Source: Methanoregula sp.
GTDB lineage: Archaea > Halobacteriota > Methanomicrobia > Methanomicrobiales > Methanospirillaceae
DNA: 64,000 nucleotides
Direction: 5' to 3'
NCBI GenBank assembly: GCA_039698055.1
Contig: JBDKTL010000027.1
Span: 64,001-128,000 of the forward strand
Below, piece after piece: positions 39,272 to 49,566 of the stretch (positions within the stretch are counted from its first letter, which is position 1; each line of letters begins with the position of its first letter). The notes beneath the pieces were generated by a model. That model saw only the letters and a list, made by a program, of their open reading frames with translations. It ran no database searches and was not told the DNA's origin. A program made the translations under genes and the position numbers.

Positions 39272-39793
39272 TTAGTCTTCCGCAGGTGCAGGATCTGCGT
39301 CGTCTTCTGCCTCTTCATCCCCGGTTCCGGCATAATCTCCATGGTAGATCCACCACCCGGCAATGAGGATCAGGGGGATGCCGACCGGGACAGAAAACCC
39401 GTGCAGGTTGTTGAGCAACATCCCGTACTGCACCAGAAGGGAGATGCCGAACAGGATTCCGGCGGCAATGATGCAGAGCGCACCATGGTTCATGTTCTGC
39501 GGGTTTTTTTCTGCATATGCCAGAAGCGTAATGATGAAGGCTGCCATGAGAAGAACCGAACCGGCGATCCACACGATATAAGAAATCGCGGTTGTCCCGG
39601 TCAGGATACCTTTGGAAACATAACCCACGTCCCGGGTGATAAGGATGAAACTGTTGCCAAGGTAACTCTGCTGGTACCGGAACAGTGCCCATTGCAGGCC
39701 CGTTGCGAGCCCGTCGCCGATGACATAGATATTGAGGGGAATACAAAAGATCAGGGCCTGGAGAACCAGCGGAAGTCTGAGGTTTGAGGTCAT
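39272..39793 (-). CDS. Hypothetical multi-pass membrane protein
   Basis: Several hydrophobic segments and an acidic tail. Confidence 0.7.
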   Translation of the reverse strand: MTSNLRLPLVLQALIFCIPLNIYVIGDGLATGLQWALFRYQQSYLGNSFILITRDVGYVSKGILTGTTAISYIVWIAGSVLLMAAFIITLLAYAEKNPQNMNHGALCIIAAGILFGISLLVQYGMLLNNLHGFSVPVGIPLILIAGWWIYHGDYAGTGDEEAEDDADPAPAED

Positions 39794-39871
39794 GTGCGTA
39801 TTCTGGTATTGGGAGGGATACGTATTATAATTAAACGAAATTGCCCCGGAATACTACGAAAAAAGGAGAAA

Positions 39872-40219
39872 TTATTCTTCGGTATGCTCAACGATCGCGA
39901 GCTGGTACATCCAGTCCATCAGCGGGTGGCACTGGTCGACGATACATTCGAGCTCGCAGGCAACACACGGGATGAGTTCGTCACCGGCAATCAGGTCTGC
40001 GGGGTTTACCGGCATCTGCTTGCAGCGGAGAAGGAATGTTTTAATTCCGTCTTTTTTGTATTCGACCCGCTCGATGAGTCCGCTCTCTTCGAGTTTTTTT
40101 ACGATCCTCGAACATTTCCGGCTGTCAACATTTAAGAGTTTCCAGAGTTCGCTCTGGAGTACCCCTTCCGGCGTTGACCGGATCAGGTTTAATGCTTCAT
40201 CATCCACTGGGTCAGTCAT
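39872..40219 (-). CDS. Winged-helix protein with C-terminal 4-Cys cluster (TFE-beta/RPC34-like)
   Basis: GVLQSELWKLL..DSRKCSRIVKKLE wHTH and PCVACELECIVDQCHPLMDW. Confidence 0.7.
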   Translation of the reverse strand: MTDPVDDEALNLIRSTPEGVLQSELWKLLNVDSRKCSRIVKKLEESGLIERVEYKKDGIKTFLLRCKQMPVNPADLIAGDELIPCVACELECIVDQCHPLMDWMYQLAIVEHTEE

Positions 40220-40243
40220 CAGTTCCACGTCCCGGATTTCCTT

Positions 40244-40480
40244 TTAAAGAAGCGGTGCAATGGTAAGAATATTGTTGCCCCTGATGACAACGGTACCGAG
40301 GCTCCTGCCGCGCTCATTGTTGACAAACTCAATGGTTTCGTCCATGTGAATGTTCAGATATTCGTCCACTGCAACAAGCCGCCCCTGCAGCTTGCGCCCT
40401 TCGTCTTTAATCTCTACCGATATTTTTGAATCGACAAGTGCAAACACTTTTTTTATCGGCAAAACAATTCCGTTAACCAT
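40244..40480 (-). CDS. Lsm/Sm-like archaeal protein
   Basis: GRLVAVDEYLNIHM (Sm1) and VVIRGNNI (Sm2). Confidence 0.93.
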   Translation of the reverse strand: MVNGIVLPIKKVFALVDSKISVEIKDEGRKLQGRLVAVDEYLNIHMDETIEFVNNERGRSLGTVVIRGNNILTIAPLL

Positions 40481-40646
40481 CTGTCCTAATTTGGGGTCTG
40501 CGATAATTAAAGTTTGCTCAAAGAAAAATTGCAGGAAAAATGAATCCTAATAGGAAGGAAGTTCATGAAAGAAAGTGGACCCTTGCACATATCTGCTTTG
40601 TTAAAATTCTCTTTTTCCCGTCATTTTCTTATTCTCTCTAACAATA

Positions 40647-40718
40647 AGGAGGGTGACCCCCTCTCTCCCCCAGAGGGGGGAGGCACCCCAAGGGGAGGAT
40701 CCCCTTGACCCCCCTCCT
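40647..40718. repeat. GC-rich three-stem inverted-repeat structure
   Basis: AGGAGGG/CCCTCCT closes two inner stems, CCCCCTCT/AGAGGGGG and CAAGGGGA/TCCCCTTG. Confidence 0.75.
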
Positions 40719-40937
40719 GATTTGTTCATTTTTTTCATTAACCTTATGATGTTTCTTTAAACTATTGAGGAATGTCCAAACAGCGGGAAGGGAAACACGA
40801 TATACAAATAATCCCTATGAGCAACAGCATGTTTCTTTTTTTTTAAAGTTCGACATATCGTATTCATACCAACGTCATAACCATGTAATGTCATATCAAC
40901 ACGGGACAATTTCCCTTTCGTTAAAAACGTGAAAAAA

Positions 40938-42035
40938 TTATTCCGGAATGGGTTCCCACCGCTTCGCCAGCATTTTTTCCACTGAGGGAAGCGTGGTATA
41001 TTCCATCTCGCCCAGTGACAACCGGTGCGGCTCGAATGGCCCCTGTGCCCGAATGACATCGGCAAGCTCGTTGCACCGCATCCGGACACGGTCAAACCCG
41101 GGATCGTCGAACATGTCGGCAGGCCCAACCAGTTCCCCGTCCGATACCTGGAACCCGAAGCAGATGACCCGGGGCGGACCGTCAAACCGGGTACAGTTTG
41201 CATCGCAGAGCCCCACCGGCATGAACGGGCCATGGTGGGAGCCCCGCATCCATCCGGCAACCAGTACCGGGATTGTAAAGGGTTCGATCACTTCACCCAT
41301 GGACGGGAACCCGCTCTGGGCGCGGACGATCATGACCGGATCGTCTTTTCCGACATACCGGCCTGCCATCAGGTTCAGTCTCTGGGTACTGGTGGATGCC
41401 GCGATAGTCCCGTCCCTTTTGAACACGTGCTTGATGACGTACCGTGACGGTGCCCCGATGTAGGCGAGCATGCTGTAGCACTCTCCAGGGCAGGTGAACA
41501 TGATGCGGCGCTTCCCGATGAGATCGTGCACCTCAAAGACAAACCCGTCATGCAGGGACGGGTCGATCACCAGTCCCGGCGTATTGAACGGATCGGCAAA
41601 GATCTTGTACAAGTAGAAGTTCCATGCGCCGGGCTCGGTTTTGTCTGCCATAAACACCATGAGGGGGTCCGAACCGCGCTCCTCGTACTCCATCTCGGCA
41701 ACTCCGGGACCCATGCCTTTGACATTACCGGAGAAGGCATTCCCCAGCATATCCTGGCCGGCGCCATACAACTTCAGGCTTTTTGCAACTTTTGTGCATT
41801 CCATGAACACGTCCCATGCGAGCTTATGGATCTTTTCATGGTCGACGCCATGCCGGTGGGTCATGATAAGTTCGAGGTCATCGCCACAGTGCGTGACAAA
41901 CGAATCGATAAGCAGTTTTCCCTCTTCTTCCCTGAGCATCTTTGCCGCCTTTTCAAGAAGCCTGGGATGGGTGCGGGAGTGTCCGGGATAACTCCCGACA
42001 TCTGCTTTAATCACGGAGACGGTTATCTTTGCCAT
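40938..42035 (-). CDS. fbp: Bifunctional FBP aldolase/phosphatase (class V FBPase)
   Basis: IKADVGS.PGH, GDD, YGAGQD, DKTEPGAWN, YVGKDDP and GWMRGSH. Confidence 0.95.
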   Translation of the reverse strand: MAKITVSVIKADVGSYPGHSRTHPRLLEKAAKMLREEEGKLLIDSFVTHCGDDLELIMTHRHGVDHEKIHKLAWDVFMECTKVAKSLKLYGAGQDMLGNAFSGNVKGMGPGVAEMEYEERGSDPLMVFMADKTEPGAWNFYLYKIFADPFNTPGLVIDPSLHDGFVFEVHDLIGKRRIMFTCPGECYSMLAYIGAPSRYVIKHVFKRDGTIAASTSTQRLNLMAGRYVGKDDPVMIVRAQSGFPSMGEVIEPFTIPVLVAGWMRGSHHGPFMPVGLCDANCTRFDGPPRVICFGFQVSDGELVGPADMFDDPGFDRVRMRCNELADVIRAQGPFEPHRLSLGEMEYTTLPSVEKMLAKRWEPIPE

Positions 42036-42093
42036 GAAACAGTCACGTGTAGAGTATTCTGCTTTGAAAAGAAAAAAGGTGCGGTAGTTGAGA

Positions 42094-43233
42094 TTATTTC
42101 ATCGAATTGCGGACAAGTGATGCTGATCCATAAGATGAAAACGCCCTGAAAAAGACCAGGCTTTCCGCATATGCCATCGATTCGATTGCATGGGTGGTGT
42201 CCGGGCCGACTGAGTAAATCTCTTTTTTGAATTCTTTTATTGCCATCTTGCAGTTGCCGTCAAAGATCTGGCGGTCCTTTTTGCCGGGATTTAATGGCCG
42301 GTATTTTTCAAGCGTCCAGTCCTGGATGTTTTTGTAGAGTGCCGGTTCATAGATTTTGAACATGTTGAACGCGACATCCTGCCAGAACGTGCCGACGTTG
42401 CCTTTGATGATGTCCCCTTTTGGGAAATGCAGGTTGATGAGATCCCGCGGGGTGCCGGTGATCCCGTGCTGGGCGATGCCAACCTTCAGGTTATTATCCC
42501 GGAGGGCTTGTGCGATTGCTTTTGTCTGCGGGATGTCGATGGACAACTGTTCGATCACGTTCCCGTTTGCATCGTAGGTATGTCCGTGCGTGCTCCCGTT
42601 TGCTATCGCTAAAACCTGCGGATACACATCGTTCTCATTGAGGGCTTTGATGAACTCTACTGCTTCTTCAGGTCTTGTCAGGACAAGCCCGTGACCGTCT
42701 TTTCTCCCGATCTCGCCGACTTCCACTTCAAGCCCGAACGGTTTGCCGTTCATTTTTGCGGTGATAAACCGGGCAAGTTCCGTGGTGGCTGTAATATTTG
42801 GTTCGAGTTCTTCCCGGACCGTTTTTCCTTCAAAATTGAAGAGATGCGAGGCGTCGATGGCAAACGACGTGTACCCTGCCTGCACCTGGGCATCGATCAA
42901 CTGTTTTGTCTGTTCGATCTCCGCCGCATCACCGGTTTTTATCGTGATATGATCGGCATGGAGCGCCCACGTACCAAACCCAATCTCCGTTGCTGCTTCT
43001 CTCATCTTCTCCGAGAAGTCGTGAGGGGTCATACCGGTATACCCGCCCTTGAGGTCGCACTCTGACCGGGCGAGTTCCATGAATACCGCCGAGTCGGTAT
43101 CTTTTGCGGCCCTGAAAATTCCCCGTGCGACCGTGGCGATGCGGACGTTGGCCGCCATCACAATAACTTTTTTCCCGGAAACGCCGTTAAGGATCGCGGA
43201 TCCGGGGATTGGACCATATTCAGTTGCCATCAT
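42094..43233 (-). CDS. fba: Class II fructose-bisphosphate aldolase
   Basis: ALHADH, IDASH, EVEVGEIG, GSTHG, QHGITG and KGNVGT. Confidence 0.88.
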   Translation of the reverse strand: MMATEYGPIPGSAILNGVSGKKVIVMAANVRIATVARGIFRAAKDTDSAVFMELARSECDLKGGYTGMTPHDFSEKMREAATEIGFGTWALHADHITIKTGDAAEIEQTKQLIDAQVQAGYTSFAIDASHLFNFEGKTVREELEPNITATTELARFITAKMNGKPFGLEVEVGEIGRKDGHGLVLTRPEEAVEFIKALNENDVYPQVLAIANGSTHGHTYDANGNVIEQLSIDIPQTKAIAQALRDNNLKVGIAQHGITGTPRDLINLHFPKGDIIKGNVGTFWQDVAFNMFKIYEPALYKNIQDWTLEKYRPLNPGKKDRQIFDGNCKMAIKEFKKEIYSVGPDTTHAIESMAYAESLVFFRAFSSYGSASLVRNSMK

Positions 43234-43248
43234 ACACAATGCTCCTTT

Positions 43249-44157
43249 TTATTCGCCTTTTGCCATAAACGTTTCAATCAGCCGGATCTCTTTTTTCCCG
43301 CCAACATAGATAGGAGTGATATCATCGATCGCCACCGGCTGGATGGTGAGGATATCGGTTCTGCCATTGCTGATTGCCCCGCCAGCTTCATGAATGATCT
43401 TTCCCATGGGATTGGCTTCATACAGTAACCGGAGTTTTCCGGTTTCCTTTCCCTTGAACCCGGGATAGGCAAATACCCCGCCCTTATGGAGGATCTGGTG
43501 CACGTCTGCAACAAAACACCCGCTGAACCGGAGTTTGTAGCCTTCCTGCTCAAGATGTCCGATCCACCGTGCATGCTCCGGGAGGTAATTTTTCTTTAAG
43601 GCACCGGGTGCGTAAATTTTTCCCTCGGGGATTTTTATATCCTGTTCCTTTAAGATAAATTCACCCGTCTCGTCGAGCACGAATTCATGGACACCTTTCC
43701 CGGTGGTCAGTGTCAGGATCGTCAGGGGCCCGTACAGGATGTACAGGGCCGCAAGAAGGTCGGCACCTTTGCTCAGGACATGGCCGGGATAGATGCCGAT
43801 AATCGATCCGGTGCAGAGGTTCACATCGATGAGCGAGGAACCATCGAGAGGGTCGATAACGACCCCGAAATTGTTTTTCGGGGAATCGACTTCGATGAGC
43901 TGGTCCTGTTCTTCTGTTGCGATGTACCGGACAAGGCGTGATTTTTTCAGTCCTGATACAAACACATCGTCTGCATACTTGTCAAGGGCCTGCTGTTCCT
44001 CGCCAAACATGTTCCGGGTCTGTTCATCGCAGGGTGTTTTCATGCAGGTCGGGAAAAACCCTTTTTTCACCAGCCGGGCCTGGGTGCTTAAAAAAAGAAT
44101 AAGTTCGACCAGGTTTTTTTCTGTTCCGTTACTGACAAGGAAATCTTTGAGTATCAT
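43249..44157 (-). CDS. fbp: Class I fructose-1,6-bisphosphatase
   Basis: [24 protein letters not shown] and [17 protein letters not shown]. Confidence 0.94.
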   Translation of the reverse strand: MILKDFLVSNGTEKNLVELILFLSTQARLVKKGFFPTCMKTPCDEQTRNMFGEEQQALDKYADDVFVSGLKKSRLVRYIATEEQDQLIEVDSPKNNFGVVIDPLDGSSLIDVNLCTGSIIGIYPGHVLSKGADLLAALYILYGPLTILTLTTGKGVHEFVLDETGEFILKEQDIKIPEGKIYAPGALKKNYLPEHARWIGHLEQEGYKLRFSGCFVADVHQILHKGGVFAYPGFKGKETGKLRLLYEANPMGKIIHEAGGAISNGRTDILTIQPVAIDDITPIYVGGKKEIRLIETFMAKGE

Positions 44158-44419
44158 GGTGCCGCCTCCCCCCGCTCTTTTAAGGGCGCCAGACCAGGGG
44201 TTTTTCATGCCGGATTCCCGGATTTCTGTTTAGTCTTTTGATTTTTCAGGTTTATCAGGATTATTGTCAGGTTAAAATTCCCGGGTCATACGGGCTCTGC
44301 ACCAAAGCAATGAAGTTTTTTTATTACACCTTTTCGGGCAGATTCCCCGGCAATCGATCCATTCAAAATAAAAAATCTCTCCCGAAAAAAACAAAGGTCC
44401 ATAAAAAAAAGAAAAAAAA

Positions 44420-44881
44420 TTATGCTGTTTTTTCCGATCCGGATCCACCTTCCGATGTCTCCAGGAGACTCCTGAAGGTCACTTCCAGTACCCCGTTTTT
44501 GAGCGTGTGCCGGATTGATGCGGGATCAACCGGGGGAAGGCCGGCAGTGGTGTGATATGTCCGGGCACTTCCGGCAGCCTCAAGGGTAAGGGTATGGTCG
44601 TTCAGCTGCATGTTCAGGTTCTCTTCAGATACACCCGGCATCTCGACGATCACTTTGACTTCATCGCCAATCCGGTGCACCTCTGCGACCGGCTCATGGG
44701 TATCCCGGGCATGGAACTCTTCGGGTTCCGGCTCATGGCCGGCACCTGGTCCTCCCTGGATGACGATCCGGTACCCGAATCCATCCGGCTGATTCAATGA
44801 CATGCCATCATCCATGCCGGCAAAGAGCCGCGCCATCAGCGCGTCCATCTCGTGGAATATATCCTGCGGGTTGTTTTTCAT
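44420..44881 (-). CDS. Small heat-shock protein (Hsp20)
   Basis: VEMPGV and KNGVLEV alpha-crystallin motifs. Confidence 0.88.
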   Translation of the reverse strand: MKNNPQDIFHEMDALMARLFAGMDDGMSLNQPDGFGYRIVIQGGPGAGHEPEPEEFHARDTHEPVAEVHRIGDEVKVIVEMPGVSEENLNMQLNDHTLTLEAAGSARTYHTTAGLPPVDPASIRHTLKNGVLEVTFRSLLETSEGGSGSEKTA

Positions 44882-44907
44882 GATTCATTCCTCCTTTTTG
44901 CTGGTGT

Positions 44908-47292
44908 TTATTCGGTTTTTTCCTGCAGCGTTTCTGTCAGTTTCTTAATTGCGTCAAAATCCTTCTTTGGCGCATACGTTATTTTGCGGAGCTTGTCGGC
45001 GTCGGCTTTGCCCGAATCATGTTTGAGGGCACCTGCACTCCTGATTGCCATGGCCGCATGCTCAAGGACTTCCCGCTGTTCGGTCGTGTAGAGCATCTCC
45101 CATGACTGGCGTTCAGATTTCTCCATCGCGTCGCGATCAAGGGAACCTTTTATTTTTGTCATTGCGGCATCGAAGTGTGCCTTTGTAATCATCACGTTCT
45201 TGATCGCGTCGGTCCGCTCCTGTTCGGTCTTTGAACCCATGACGACAAGGAATTCCCTGACTGCGGCCATCTTTGCCTCGCGGACGAGCGCCTCGATATC
45301 GGCACCGACATAGCCTTCAGTCTGCGCCACCATCGCGTCGATGTTCACATCTTTTGCAAGGATAGTCCCGGCTTCGCCGCTCAAATACACTTCGAAGATC
45401 TTTTTGCGGCTCTCTGCATCGGGTGCCGGCACATAGATGTGGCGCTCGAGCCGGCCGGGCCGGAGCAGTGCCTCGTCAAGCATGTCCGGCCGGTTTGTGG
45501 CGGCAAGAATGGTCACGTTCTTGAGTTCTTCCATGCCGTCGAGTTCGGTGAGAATCTGGGAGACTACGCTCTCGGTCACATGCGACGAGCTACTCGAGAG
45601 CCCGCGTTTGGGGACAAGAGCATCGATCTCATCAAAGAAGATGATGGACGGCGATGCCTGTCGGGCCTTGCGGAAGATCTCCCGTACTCCTTTTTCGGAT
45701 TCCCCGACCCACTTGGAGAGGAGTTCGGGGCCTTTTACCGAGATGAAGTTGCACTCGCTCTCGTTTGCGACGGCTTTTGCAAGCAGGGTCTTTCCCGTTC
45801 CCGGCGGCCCAAAGAGCAGGATGCCTTTTGGCGGTTTGGTCTGGAGGCGCTCGAACACTTCCGGGTACTTGAGCGGCCATTCGACCGCCTCGCGGAGCTC
45901 CTGCTTGGTATCCTCAAGACCCCCGACCTGCTTCCACGTGATATCGGGAATTTCAACGAGCACTTCCCGCATTGCGCTGGGCTCGACATGTTTTCGGGCC
46001 TCATCGAAATCATCGCGGGAAACACGGAGCTGGTCGAGTACTTCATTGGGGATATCCTCGTCGATTTTTATCTGGGGGATTACTTTGCGCAGCGCATGCA
46101 TCGCTGCTTCCTTGACAAGGAGTGCGATATCTGCGCCGACAAACCCTTGAGTGGAGTTGACAAATTCGTCGATCTTCACATCGTCGGCGAGGGGGACGCC
46201 CCGGGTGTGCACCTGGAAGATCTCGGTCCGCCCTTTCTTATCCGGGATGCCGATCTCGATCTCACGGTCAAACCGACCGCCGCGCCGGAGCGCCGGATCG
46301 ATTGCATCCGGAAGGTTGGTGGCGGCGATCACGATGACCTGCCCCCGGCCTTTAAGCCCGTCCATCAGGGAGAGGAGCTGGGCGACCACCCTGCGCTCCA
46401 CTTCGCCTTTTGTGTCCTCACGCTTGGGCGCGATGGAGTCGATTTCATCGATGAAGATGATCGCCGGGGCGTTCTGCTCGGCCTCCTCGAACTTTTCGCG
46501 GAGCCCTTTCTCACTCTCCCCGTAATACTTGCTCATGATCTCGGGGCCCGAGAGCGTGATGAAGTGGGCGTCCACTTCGTTTGCCACCGCTTTTGCGATC
46601 AGCGTCTTACCGGTTCCCGGGGGACCGTAGAGCAGCACCCCTTTTGGCGGCTGGATACCCAGTCGCTCAAAGATCTCCGGGTGCCGCAGGGGGAGCTCGA
46701 TCATCTCCCGGACAAGCTGGAGCTCACGTCCCAGCCCGCCGATATCTTCGTAATGGATATCGGATAATTCCTGCTTGCCCTCTTCTGCCTTGTACGGCTC
46801 TTCTTTTAATTCGATCTCCGTGTCATCGGTAACGATGGCAATGCCTTTTGGCAGCACTTTTGCAATAACGAGCGTGATTGCGTTCCCGATCACGTCGACG
46901 CGGACGGTCTGTCCTTCAATCACCGACCGGCCACGCAGCACCCTGGAGAGGTACTGTTCGCCCCCGACAAGCCGTATCGGTTGTGTCGGCTGTATGACAA
47001 TTTTTTTGGCATACACGGCTTCGGACTTGCATATCCGCACCTTCTCGTCGATACCGGTGCTGGCGTTGCTCCGGAGGTTCCCGTCAATCCGCAGGATGGC
47101 AAACCCGGTATCCTGCGCAAACCCTGGCCAGACGATCGCTGCGGCTTTCTTTTTGCCCTGTATCTCGATCACGTCGCCCGAGACCAGCCCGAGTTTTTTC
47201 ATCACCTCGATGCTGACCCGTGCAATGCCCCGCCCGGCATCGTCGTGAGCTGCTTCCTTTACTGTTACTTCTGCATAGGTATTTTCGGTCAT
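44908..47292 (-). CDS. CDC48/VAT AAA ATPase
   Basis: N-domain plus two AAA modules (GPPGTGKT twice, IDEID/FDEID). Confidence 0.96.
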   Translation of the reverse strand: MTENTYAEVTVKEAAHDDAGRGIARVSIEVMKKLGLVSGDVIEIQGKKKAAAIVWPGFAQDTGFAILRIDGNLRSNASTGIDEKVRICKSEAVYAKKIVIQPTQPIRLVGGEQYLSRVLRGRSVIEGQTVRVDVIGNAITLVIAKVLPKGIAIVTDDTEIELKEEPYKAEEGKQELSDIHYEDIGGLGRELQLVREMIELPLRHPEIFERLGIQPPKGVLLYGPPGTGKTLIAKAVANEVDAHFITLSGPEIMSKYYGESEKGLREKFEEAEQNAPAIIFIDEIDSIAPKREDTKGEVERRVVAQLLSLMDGLKGRGQVIVIAATNLPDAIDPALRRGGRFDREIEIGIPDKKGRTEIFQVHTRGVPLADDVKIDEFVNSTQGFVGADIALLVKEAAMHALRKVIPQIKIDEDIPNEVLDQLRVSRDDFDEARKHVEPSAMREVLVEIPDITWKQVGGLEDTKQELREAVEWPLKYPEVFERLQTKPPKGILLFGPPGTGKTLLAKAVANESECNFISVKGPELLSKWVGESEKGVREIFRKARQASPSIIFFDEIDALVPKRGLSSSSSHVTESVVSQILTELDGMEELKNVTILAATNRPDMLDEALLRPGRLERHIYVPAPDAESRKKIFEVYLSGEAGTILAKDVNIDAMVAQTEGYVGADIEALVREAKMAAVREFLVVMGSKTEQERTDAIKNVMITKAHFDAAMTKIKGSLDRDAMEKSERQSWEMLYTTEQREVLEHAAMAIRSAGALKHDSGKADADKLRKITYAPKKDFDAIKKLTETLQEKTE

Positions 47293-47310
47293 CGTAATTC
47301 ACCTGGATTC

Positions 47311-47351
47311 CTTTAGGTTTACCATAAGTTAGCGTCCTAAAGTATATAAAG
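47311..47351 (-). promoter_or_regulatory. cdc48-hsp20 promoter: TATA plus palindromic operator candidate
   Basis: TTTATATA on the - strand (47344-47351). CTTTAGG/CCTAAAG inverted repeat encloses CTAAC-N5-GTAAA. Confidence 0.55.
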
Positions 47352-47518
47352 ATTTGGTATACTTGCAAACCGTCCCGGAACTGTCCGGACAGGGCTGATT
47401 CATGAGAATTTTTACTGGCTGTACCGTTGCCTCTCCATTTATGGTAAAAAAACAGACTTTGAAATAAATGCCACTGGGGGGATGGTTTAACCCCCACAGC
47501 GATTCTAAAAAAAAAAGA

Positions 47519-49252
47519 TCAGTGCGTGTCCGGTGCGTTATCTGCCGGCAATAACCGGTACGCCTCTTTTGGCACGATAATCTCGAACCGGGCGCCCTCC
47601 CCGGCTTTTCCGGTCTCGTGGATGGTGATCCCGGTCAGCGCAAGGATGCCCCGGGTGAATGCAAGCCCAAAACCCGTGTGTTTCCCAAACCCATACGTGA
47701 AGACCCGTTCTTTATCCTCATCCGGAATACCGACGCCATCGTCCTCAACCCCGATGATCATCTCGCCCGTGGCTGTTATACGGGCAGATATTTTGATCCG
47801 GGTCAGGTGCCCTCCGTGCCGTACCGCATTCTCAAACAGGTTGTACATCACTTTGACCACGAGAGGATCTGCATAAATTTCCACCGGTGAAAAATCTGGA
47901 ATGATTTCTATCTTATCATGCGGGAGATCGTCAATTGCCTGGCCGACCACCGACTCAAGCGATTGCCATACCGGCTGGAATGCCCCGATCTCCTGGTACT
48001 CCCGGCTGAACTGGAGGTAACTGTCAATTTTTCTGACCACATCGATGCTCGAAGAAATGTACTGGTCGCTTGCCGGACCCGTACGGTTCTCTTTGAGCAG
48101 CTCGAGGTATCCCCACAAGCCCGTAAGGAGATTATTGATATCATGGCGGGTCAGCCGGGTCAGGAGCGATATCTTCTCATTGGCGAGCCGGAGAGATCTT
48201 TCCGATTCTTTCCGGTGCGTGATGTCCCGGAGGATCAGGACAAAACCGGCCGGCTCCCCCTCAGGGTCTTTGACCACGGACCCGGCAATGCTGACTACTT
48301 TGTTGCTGTCATTGTCAAGAATTACCTCATGGTCACTTACCCCACCGTGCTCCCGGATATCCGACCACAGGAGAGCACCTGCGGGCTCCGGAAGGAATTC
48401 CCCCACGGCATGCCCGGGAAGGTTGCGTTCCTCCACGGAAAAAATTGCCGCAGCAGAAGCATTGGCCGACAGGATCCTCCCGTCAATATCCGATAAGACA
48501 AGCCCGTCCGGCATCATGCGGAGAATATCCGGGACCGCTGTCTGCGGGCTGAGTTCAAAGAGACCGTATTTCTGTATCGTGTACGTAATGATCAGGGAAA
48601 AAAGAACAATCCCGATGAACACCAGGTTTGGGAGATGAACCCCAAATGACGGCAGGAGTACTCCTGATAGAAAACCAAATATGATGACGGTAGCAACTCC
48701 AAGGCATACCAGGGCGTTCTGGTGCCGCTTCCTGCCCGGGGCTGCCTGCTGCCATGAACGGTAACTGGTGAAAGCTGCCCAGAGGATCACGACAAGGATA
48801 TAGATTGTCTCTGCTATGTAAGCCGGGCTGTCCTGTACCGGCATATAGAATAATCCGGAACCGGGCTGGTAAACCGCTGTGTACACAAGATCCGTTAGTA
48901 ACCCGATGAGCGCGAAGACAAGTGCAGGAATATAGAGAGCGGCAAGCACTGCCCAGTACGGCTTCCGCTGCACTGCGGGGTTTTCCGTGAAGACAAGGAT
49001 AAAGTGAGCCGCGAATGCGACGACAAACGGCCAGAATGTGCTCAGTTTCAGCCAGAACCTGACACCATCAAGACTGGCGGCGTGCCAGATCATGAACTCC
49101 CCAAAAGCCCAGTACGAGGCAGCAAGCATGGTGACGAGGAACAGGCGGTTGCTTGCGGACGATGAGCTCTTTGCATAAACAAAGATACCCAGACCGTACG
49201 TGATTACCGCGGAGATGAGACAGAACTGGATCAAAATTGCAGGAACCGGCAT
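47519..49252 (-). CDS. Sensor histidine kinase (N-terminal 7TM, PAS, HATPase)
   Basis: About 7 TM segments, PAS (MPDG..), H-box RHDINN, NAVRHG, DDGVGI and GFGL. Confidence 0.9.
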   Translation of the reverse strand: MPVPAILIQFCLISAVITYGLGIFVYAKSSSSASNRLFLVTMLAASYWAFGEFMIWHAASLDGVRFWLKLSTFWPFVVAFAAHFILVFTENPAVQRKPYWAVLAALYIPALVFALIGLLTDLVYTAVYQPGSGLFYMPVQDSPAYIAETIYILVVILWAAFTSYRSWQQAAPGRKRHQNALVCLGVATVIIFGFLSGVLLPSFGVHLPNLVFIGIVLFSLIITYTIQKYGLFELSPQTAVPDILRMMPDGLVLSDIDGRILSANASAAAIFSVEERNLPGHAVGEFLPEPAGALLWSDIREHGGVSDHEVILDNDSNKVVSIAGSVVKDPEGEPAGFVLILRDITHRKESERSLRLANEKISLLTRLTRHDINNLLTGLWGYLELLKENRTGPASDQYISSSIDVVRKIDSYLQFSREYQEIGAFQPVWQSLESVVGQAIDDLPHDKIEIIPDFSPVEIYADPLVVKVMYNLFENAVRHGGHLTRIKISARITATGEMIIGVEDDGVGIPDEDKERVFTYGFGKHTGFGLAFTRGILALTGITIHETGKAGEGARFEIIVPKEAYRLLPADNAPDTH

Positions 49253-49566
49253 GGTATCACCAAACCAAAAAATCGTGAGCAGTGGTCATGATATCCGGGT
49301 CTTACGACTATGCGGTCGGGTCACCGTGTCGATACGTATCTGTTATCTGTAATTCATCTTTATACCTCACCTGCGGAACTTATTCTTGGCTATGTTAACT
49401 TCCACACTGGCAATCAGGATCCCGATACAATATATGCCGGGGCACCATTGCTGCAATTTTTTCTTCATTACCTTAAATCAACTTTACTTGTTCTCTTAAC
49501 AAGCCAGATTTCGTCCAGAATCGCAAAACCGAGCATTTATCTTGTCTTTTGTGGAACCGGTATGGT

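Noticed and set aside
45439-46767. 442-aa plus-strand ORF
   Set aside because: Antisense shadow of cdc48.
49253-49566. TPP riboswitch upstream of thiC
   Set aside because: The conserved CUGAGA core was not found.
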